From the human T2T-CHM13v2.0 reference genome, Homo sapiens, in NCBI RefSeq assembly GCF_009914755.1, contig NC_060946.1: DNA of 64,000 bases; one strand, 5' to 3'. The notes under the pieces are model-generated. The model did no database searches. It had not been told where the DNA came from and saw nothing but the letters and a program-made list of their open reading frames with translations. The first letter of the stretch is position 1. The number at the start of each line of letters is the position of its first letter. Below are positions 56,201 through 64,000 of this stretch, piece after piece. Both the position numbers and the translations under genes were made by a program.

Positions 56201-58980
56201 GCTGAGTTCACACATCACAAACAAGTTTATGAGAATGCTTCTGTCTAGTTTTTATTTGAAGATATTTCCTTTCTCACCATAGACCTGAAAGCTGTCCTAA
56301 TGTTCACTTCCAGATACTACAGAAAGAGTGTTTTAAAACTGCTGTACGAAAGGGAATGTTCAACTCTGTGACTTGAATGCACACATCACAAAGAAGTTTC
56401 TGAGGATGCTGCTGTCTACTTTTTATACGTAATCCCGTTTCCAACGAAATCCTCCAAGCTATCCAAATATCCACTTGCAGATTCCACAGAAAGAGTGTTT
56501 CAAAACAGCTCTGTCAATAGAAAGGTTCAACTCTGTTAGCTGCGTGCATATATCCCAAAGAAGATTCTGAGATTGCTTCTGTCTAGTTTTTATGGAAGAT
56601 ATTTCCCTTTTCACCGTAGGCGTCAAGGCGCTCCAAATGTCCACTTCCAGATACTACAAAAAGAGTGTTTCAAACCTACTCTGTGAAAGGGAATATTCAA
56701 CTCTGTGACTTGAATGCAGATATCACAAAGAAGTTTCTGAGAATGCTTCTGTCGAGATTTTATATGAAGATATTCCCGTTTCCAACGAAATCCTGAAATC
56801 TATCCAAATATCCCCTCGCAGATTCTACAAAAAGAGCGTTTCAAAACTGCTCTGTAAAAAGAAAGGTTCAACTCTGTTAGTTGAGTACACACATCACAAA
56901 CAAGTTTCACAGAATGCTTCTTTCTAGCTTGTAGGGGAAGATATTCCCTTTATCACCATGGGCCTCCAACCGTCCGAAACTTCCACTTCCATATATTACA
57001 AAAAGAGCGTTTCAAACCTGCTCTATGAAAGGCAATGTTCAACTCTGTGACTTGAATGCAGACATCACAGAGCAGTTTCTGAGAATGCTTCTGTCTAGAT
57101 TTTATAGGAAGATATTCCCGTTTCCAACGAAATCTTCACAGCTATCCAAATATCCACTTGCAGATTCTACAAAAAGAGTGTATCAAAACTGCTCTGTCAA
57201 AAGGAAGGTTCTTCTCTGTTAGGTGAGTGCATACGTCATAAAGGAGTTTCTGAGAATGTTTCCGTCTAGTGGTTATGGGAAGATATTTGCTTTTTCACCG
57301 AAGGCCTCAGAGCGCTCCAAATATCCACTTGCACATACTACAAAAAGAGTGCTTCAAAGCTGCTCTCTGAAACGGAATGTTCAACTCTATGAGTTGAATG
57401 CAAACATCGCAAAGACGTTTCTGAGAATGCTTCTGTCTAGATTTGATATGAAGATATTCCCGTTTCCAACGAAATCTTCAAATCTATCCAAATGTCCACT
57501 TGCAGATTCAACAAAAAGTGTTTTTCAGAACTGCTCTATCAAAAGAAAGATCCACCTCTGTTAGCTGAGTTCACACATCACAAACAAGTTTATGAGAATG
57601 CTTCTGTCTAGTTTTTATTTGAAGATATTTCCTTTCTCACCATAGACCTGAAAGCTGTCCTAATGTTCACTTCCAGATACTACAGAAAGAGTGTTTCAAA
57701 ACTGCTGTACGAAAGGGAATGTTCAACTCTGTGACTTGAATGCACACATCACAAAGAAGTTTCTGAGGATGCTGCTGTCTTCTTTTTATACGTAATCCCG
57801 TTTCCAACGAAATCCTCCAATCTATCCAAATATCCACTTGCAGATTCCACAGAAAGACTGTTTCAAAACTGCTCTGTCAATAGAAAGGTTCAACTCTGTT
57901 AGCTGCGTGCATATATCCCAAAGAAGATTCTGAGATTGCTTCTGTCTAGTTTTTATGGGAAGATATTTCCCTTTTCACCGTAGGCGTCAAGGCGCTCCAA
58001 ATGTCCACTTCCAGATACTACAAAAAGAGTGTTTCAAACCTACTCTGTGAAAGGGAATATTCAACTCTGTGACTTGAATGCACATATCACAAAGAAGTTT
58101 CTGAGAATGCTTCTGTCGAGATTTTATATGAAGATATTCCCGTTTCCAACGAAATCCTGAAATCTATCCAAATATCCCCTCGCAGATTCTACAAAAAGAG
58201 TGTTTCAAAACTGCTCTGTAAAAAGAAAGGTTCAACTCTGTTACTTCAGTACACACATCACAAACAAGTTTCACAGAATGCTTCTTTCTAGCTTGTAGGG
58301 GAAGATATTCCCTTTATCACCAAGGGCCTCAAACCGTCCGAAGCGTCCACTTCCATATACTACAAAAAGAGCGTTTCAAACCTGCTCTAGGAAAGGCAAT
58401 GTTCAACTCTGTGACTTGAATGCAGACATCACAGAGCAGTTTCTGAGAATGCTTCTGTCTAGATTTTATAGGAAGATATTCCCGTTTCCAACGAAATCTT
58501 CACAGCTATCCTAATATCCACTTGCAGATTCTACAAAAAGAGTGTATCCAAACTACTCTGTCAAAAGGAAGTTTCTTCTCTGTTAGGTGAGTGCATACGT
58601 CATAAAGGAGTTTCTGAGAATGTTTCTGTCTAGTGGTTATGGGAAGATATTTGCTTTTTCACCGTAGGCCTCAGAGCGCTCCAAATATCCACTTGCACAT
58701 ACTACAAAAAGAGTGCCTCAAACCTGCTCTCTGAAACGGAATGTTCAACTCTATGAGTTGAATGCAAACATCACAAAGACGTTTCTGAGATTGCTTCTGT
58801 CTAGATTTGATATGAAGATATTCCCGTTTCCAACGAAATCTTCAAATCTATCCAAATGTCCACTTGCAGATTCAACAAAAAGTGTTTTTCAGAACTGCTC
58901 TATCAAAAGAAAGATCCACCTCTGTTAGCTGAGTTCACTCATCACAAACAAGTTTATGAGAATGCTTCTGTCTAGTTTTT

Positions 58981-60002
58981 ATTTGAAGATATTTCCTTTC
59001 TCACCATAGACCTGAAAGCTGTCCTAATGTTCACTTCCAGATACTACAGAAAGAGTGTTTCAAAACTGCTGTACGAAAGGGAATGTTCAACTCTGTGACT
59101 TGAATGCACACATCACAAAGAAGTTTCTGAGGATGCTGCTGTCTACTTTTTATACGTAATCCCGTTTCCAACGAAATCCTCCAATCTATCCAAATATCCA
59201 CTTGCAGATTCCACAGAAAGACTGTTTCAAAACTGCTCTGTCAATAGAAAGGTTCAACTCTGTTAGCTGCGTGCATATATCCCAAGGAAGATTCTGAGAT
59301 TGCTTCTGTCTAGTTTTTATGGGAAGATATTTCCCTTTTCACCGTAGGCGTCAAGTCGCTCCAAATGTCCACTTCCAGATACTACAAAAAGAGTGTTTCA
59401 AACCTACTCTGTGAAAGGGAATATTCAACTCTGTGACTTGAATGCAGATATCACAAAGAAGTTTCTGAGAATGCTTCTGTCGAGATTTTATATGAAGATA
59501 TTCCCGTTTCCAACGAAATCCTGAAATCTCTCCAAATATCCCCTCGCAGATTCTACAAAAAGAGTGTATCAAAACTGCTCTGTCAAAAGGAAGGTTCTTC
59601 TCTGTTAGGTGAGTGCATACGTCATAAAGGAGTTTCTGAGAATGTTTCTGTCTAGTGGTTATGGGAAGATATTTGCTTTTTCACCGTAGGCCTCAGAGCG
59701 CTCCAAATATCCACTTGCACATACTACAAAAAGAGTGCCTCAAAGCTGCTCTCTGAAACGGAATGTTCAACTCTATGAGTTGAATGCAAACATCACAAAG
59801 ACGTTTCTGAGAATGCTTCTGTCTAGATTTGATATGAAGATATTCCCGTTTGCAACGAAATCTTCAAATCTATCCAAATGTCCACTTGCAGATTCAACAA
59901 AAAGTGTTTTTCAGAACTGCTCTATCAAAAGAAAGATCCACCTCTGTTAGCTGAGTTCACACATCACAAACAAGTTTATGAGAATGCTTCTGTCTAGTTT
60001 TT
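58981..60002 (-). repeat. 6-monomer HOR variant (1022 bp; 342-bp dimer deleted), copy 1
   Basis: Landmark spacing 58713 to 59735 = 1022. The hybrid monomer reads cccctcgcagattctacaaaaagagtgtatcaaaactgctctgtcaaaagg at ~59540-59590. Confidence 0.94.
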
Positions 60003-61366
60003 ATTTGAAGATATTTCCTTTCTCACCATAGACCTGAAAGCTGTCCTAATGTTCACTTCCAGATACTACAGAAAGAGTGTTTTAAAACTGCTGTACGAAA
60101 GGGAATGTTCAACTCTGTGACTTGAATGCACACATCACAAAGAAGTTTCTGAGGATGCTGCTGTCTACTTTTTATACGTAATCCCGTTTCCAACGAAATC
60201 CTCCAAGCTATCCAAATATCCACTTGCAGATTCCACAGAAAGAGTGTTTCAAAACAGCTCTGTCAATAGAAAGGTTCAACTCTGTTAGCTGCGTGCATAT
60301 ATCCCAAAGAAGATTCTGAGATTGCTTCTGTCTAGTTTTTATGGGAAGATATTTCCCTTTTCACCGTAGGCGTCAAGGCGCTCCAAATGTCCACTTCCAG
60401 ATACTACAAAAAGAGTGTTTCAAACCTACTCTGTGAAAGGGAATATTCAACTCTGTGACTTGAATGCACATATCACAAAGAAGTTTCTGAGAATGCTTCT
60501 GTCGAGATTTTATATGAAGATATTCCCGTTTCCAACGAAATCCTGAAATCTATCCAAATATCCCCTCACAGATTCTACAAAAAGAGTGTTTCAAAACTGC
60601 TCTGTAAAAAGAAAGGTTCAACTCTGTTAGTTGAGTACACACATCACAAACAAGTTTCACAGAATGCTTCTTTCTAGCTTGTAGGGGAAGATATTCCCTT
60701 TATCACCATGGGCCTCAAACCGTCCGAAACGTCCACTTCCATATACTACAAAAAGAGCGTTTCAAACCTGCTCTAGGAAAGGCAATGTTCAACTCTGTGA
60801 CTTGAATGCAGACATCACAGAGCAGTTTCTGAGAATGCTTCTGTCTAGATTTTATAGGAAGATATTCCCGTTTCCAACGAAATCTTCACAGCTATCCCAA
60901 TATCCACTTGCAGATTCTACAAAAAGAGTGTGTCAAAACTGCTCTGTCAAAAGGAAGGTTCTTCTCTGTTAGGTGAGTGCATACGTCATAAAGGAGTTTC
61001 TGAGAATGTTTCTGTCTAGTGGTTATGGGAAGATATTTGCTTTTTCACCGTAGGCCTCAGAGCGCTCCAAATATCCACTTGCACATACTACAAAAAGAGT
61101 GCCTCAAAGCTGCTCTCTGAATCGGAATGTTCAACTCTATGAGTTGAATGCAAACATCACAACGACGTTTCTGAGAATGCTTCTGTCTAGATTTGATATG
61201 AAGATATTCCCGTTACCAACGAAATCTTCAAATCTATCCAAATGTCCACTTGCAGATTCAACAAAAAGTGTTTTTCAGAACTGCTCTATCAAAAGAAAGA
61301 TCCACCTCTGTTAGCTGAGTTCACTCATCACAAACAAGTTTATGAGAATGCTTCTGTCTAGTTTTT

Positions 61367-62388
61367 ATTTGAAGATATTTCCTTTCTCACCATAGACCTG
61401 AAAGCTGTCCTAATGTTCACTTCCAGATACTACAGAAAGAGTGTTTCAAAACTGCTGTACGAAAGGGAATGTTCAACTCTGTGACTTGAATGCACACATC
61501 ACAAAGAAGTTTCTGAGGATGCTGCTGTCTACTTTTTATACGTAATCCCGTTTCCAACGAAATCCTCCAATCTATCCAAATATCCACTTGCAGATTCCAC
61601 AGAAAGACTGTTTCAAAACTGCTCTGTCAATAGAAAGGTTCAACTCTGTTAGCTGCGTGCATATATCCCAAGGAAGATTCTGAGATTGCTTCTGTCTAGT
61701 TTTTATGGGAAGATATTTCCCTTTTCACCGTAGGCGTCAAGTCGCTCCAAATGTCCACTTCCAGATACTACAAAAAGAGTGTTTCAAACCTACTCTGTGA
61801 AAGGGAATATTCAACTCTGTGACTTGAATGCAGATATCACAAAGAAGTTTCTGAGAATGCTTCTGTCGAGATTTTATATGAAGATATTCCCGTTTCCAAC
61901 GAAATCCTGAAATCTCTCCAAATATCCCCTCGCAGATTCTACAAAAAGAGTGTATCAAAACTGCTCTGTCAAAAGGAAGGTTCTTCTCTGTTAGGTGAGT
62001 GCATACGTCATAAAGGAGTTTCTGAGAATGTTTCTGTCTAGTGGTTATGGGAAGATATTTGCTTTTTCACCGTAGGCCTCAGAGCGCTCCAAATATCCAC
62101 TTGCACATACTACAAAAAGAGTGCCTCAAAGCTGCTCTCTGAAACGGAATGTTCAACTCTATGAGTTGAATGCAAACATCACAAAGACGTTTCTGAGAAT
62201 GCTTCTGTCTAGATTTGATATGAAGATATTCCCGTTTGCAACGAAATCTTCAAATCTATCCAAATGTCCACTTGCAGATTCAACAAAAAGTGTTTTTCAG
62301 AACTGCTCTATCAAAAGAAAGATCCACCTCTGTTAGCTGAGTTCACACATCACAAACAAGTTTATGAGAATGCTTCTGTCTAGTTTTT
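61367..62388 (-). repeat. 6-monomer HOR variant, copy 2
   Basis: Spacing 61099 to 62121 = 1022. Same junction (~61930-61955) and same private SNVs as copy 1. Confidence 0.94.
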
Positions 62389-63410
62389 ATTTGAAGATAT
62401 TTCCTTTCTCACCATAGACCTGAAAGCTGTCCTAATGTTCACTTCCAGATACTACAGAAAGAGTGTTTTAAAACTGCTGTACGAAAGGGAATGTTCAACT
62501 CTGTGACTTGAATGCACACATCACAAAGAAGTTTCTGAGGATGCTGCTGTCTACTTTTTATACGTAATCCCGTTTCCAACGAAATCCTCCAATCTATCCA
62601 AATATCCACTTGCAGATTCCACAGAAAGACTGTTTCAAAACTGCTCTGTCAATAGAAAGGTTCAACTCTGTTAGCTGCGTGCATATATCCCAAGGAAGAT
62701 TCTGAGATTGCTTCTGTCTAGTTTTTATGGGAAGATATTTCCCTTTTCACCGTAGGCGTCAAGTCGCTCCAAATGTCCACTTCCAGATACTACAAAAAGA
62801 GTGTTTCAAACCTACTCTGTGAAAGGGAATATTCAACTCTGTGACTTGAATGCAGATATCACAAAGAAGTTTCTGAGAATGCTTCTGTCGAGATTTTATA
62901 TGAAGATATTCCCGTTTCCAACGAAATCCTGAAATCTCTCCAAATATCCCCTCGCAGATTCTACAAAAAGAGTGTATCAAAACTGCTCTGTCAAAAGGAA
63001 GGTTCTTCTCTGTTAGGTGAGTGCATACGTCATAAAGGAGTTTCTGAGAATGTTTCTGTCTAGTGGTTATGGGAAGATATTTGCTTTTTCACCGTAGGCC
63101 TCAGAGCGCTCCAAATATCCACTTGCACATACTACAAAAAGAGTGCCTCAAAGCTGCTCTCTGAAACGGAATGTTCAACTCTATGAGTTGAATGCAAACA
63201 TCACAAAGACGTTTCTGAGAATGCTTCTGTCTAGATTTGATATGAAGATATTCCCGTTTGCAACGAAATCTTCAAATCTATCCAAATGTCCACTTGCAGA
63301 TTCAACAAAAAGTGTTTTTCAGAACTGCTCTATCAAAAGAAAGATCCACCTCTGTTAGCTGAGTTCACACATCACAAACAAGTTTATGAGAATGCTTCTG
63401 TCTAGTTTTT
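62389..63410 (-). repeat. 6-monomer HOR variant, copy 3
   Basis: Spacing 62121 to 63143 = 1022. Same junction (~62950-62977) and same SNVs. Confidence 0.94.
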
Positions 63411-64000
63411 ATTTGAAGATATTTCCTTTCTCACCATAGACCTGAAAGCTGTCCTAATGTTCACTTCCAGATACTACAGAAAGAGTGTTTTAAAACTGCT
63501 GTACGAAAGGGAATGTTCAACTCTGTGACTTGAATGCACACATCACAAAGAAGTTTCTGAGGATGCTGCTGTCTACTTTTTATACGTAATCCCGTTTCCA
63601 ACGAAATCCTCCAAGCTATCCAAATATCCACTTGCAGATTCCACAGAAAGAGTGTTTCAAAACAGCTCTGTCAATAGAAAGGTTCAACTCTGTTAGCTGC
63701 GTGCATATATCCCAAAGAAGATTCTGAGATTGCTTCTGTCTAGTTTTTATGGGAAGATATTTCCCTTTTCACCGTAGGCGTCAAGGCGCTCCAAATGTCC
63801 ACTTCCAGATACTACAAAAAGAGTGTTTCAAACCTACTCTGTGAAAGGGAATATTCAACTCTGTGACTTGAATGCACATATCACAAAGAAGTTTCTGAGA
63901 ATGCTTCTGTCGAGATTTTATATGAAGATATTCCCGTTTCCAACGAAATCCTGAAATCTATCCAAATATCCCCTCACAGATTCTACAAAAAGAGTGTTTC

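Larger units (their letters stand above)
1..64000 (-). repeat. Centromeric alpha-satellite HOR array: 8-mer HOR of 1364 bp, SF2 dimeric type, probably human D14Z9/D22Z1 (chr14/22)
   Basis: Continuous ~171-bp monomers with typical alphoid motifs (gtttctgagaatgcttctgtctag, gttcaactctgtgacttgaatgca). The same landmark recurs every 1364 bp (1097, 2461, 3825 ... 53258, 54622, 55986). A CENP-B box occurs in alternate monomers. The alpha-satellite call is near certain. The chr14/22 assignment is from recall of the sequence and the 8-mer size (~0.75), and chr14 cannot be told from chr22 here. Strand is given as that on which the CENP-B box reads TTCG...CGGG. Confidence 0.98.

Noticed and set aside
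59844-59860. tcccgtttgcaacgaaa (also cccgattcc at ~9047 and ~13139) as inactivated CENP-B boxes
   Set aside because: The changes fall in non-core N positions and the 9 essential bases remain.
59351-62980. New minus-strand 73-aa ORFs specific to the 6-mers
   Set aside because: They arise incidentally from the deletion junction and nearby SNVs. They mark the variant but give no evidence of coding function.
1097-63358. About 65 short ORFs (61-113 aa) with near-identical translations
   Set aside because: They recur with the HOR period, many start at GTG/TTG, and they appear or vanish with single SNVs (e.g. ctatgaaa>ctaggaaa). They have no recognisable domain. These are chance frames in alpha satellite.
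1-64000. CRISPR-like regular repeat pattern
   Set aside because: The sequence between conserved motifs is itself repeated monomer, not unique spacers, and there are no cas genes.
1-64000. L1/Alu/ERV insertion or inversion
   Set aside because: Every phase shift is explained by +/-342 bp or 1-5 bp deletions. There are no poly-A tails or foreign segments, and all CENP-B boxes seen are in one orientation.
1-64000. Calling this window the kinetochore site or centromere dip region, or assigning it to chr14 versus chr22
   Set aside because: This needs methylation or CENP-A data, or alignment to references. It cannot be determined from the sequence alone.

Overview
The whole 64 kb window is one uninterrupted, single-orientation primate centromeric alpha-satellite array. 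It is built from ~171-bp monomers in a 1364-bp 8-monomer higher-order repeat (HOR; 7x171 + 1x167 bp), with about 47 full copies plus a partial one. CENP-B boxes (TTCGTTGGAAACGGGA on the - strand) sit in every second monomer and alternate with pJalpha/A-box-type monomers, the dimeric pattern of suprachromosomal family 2. From recall rather than a search, the sequence matches the human chr14/chr22 active-array 8-mer (D14Z9/D22Z1, S2C14/22H1L). I see no genes, transposon insertions, inversions or CRISPR arrays, and all listed ORFs are by-products of the repeat. I found no new biological system. The real signal is the array's internal history: one 10-mer and three 6-mer HOR variants, super-repeats of 2728, 4092 and 2386 bp, patches of a more divergent HOR haplotype, and clustered, recurrent loss of CENP-B boxes. 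All variant calls were made by eye and need confirming by alignment.
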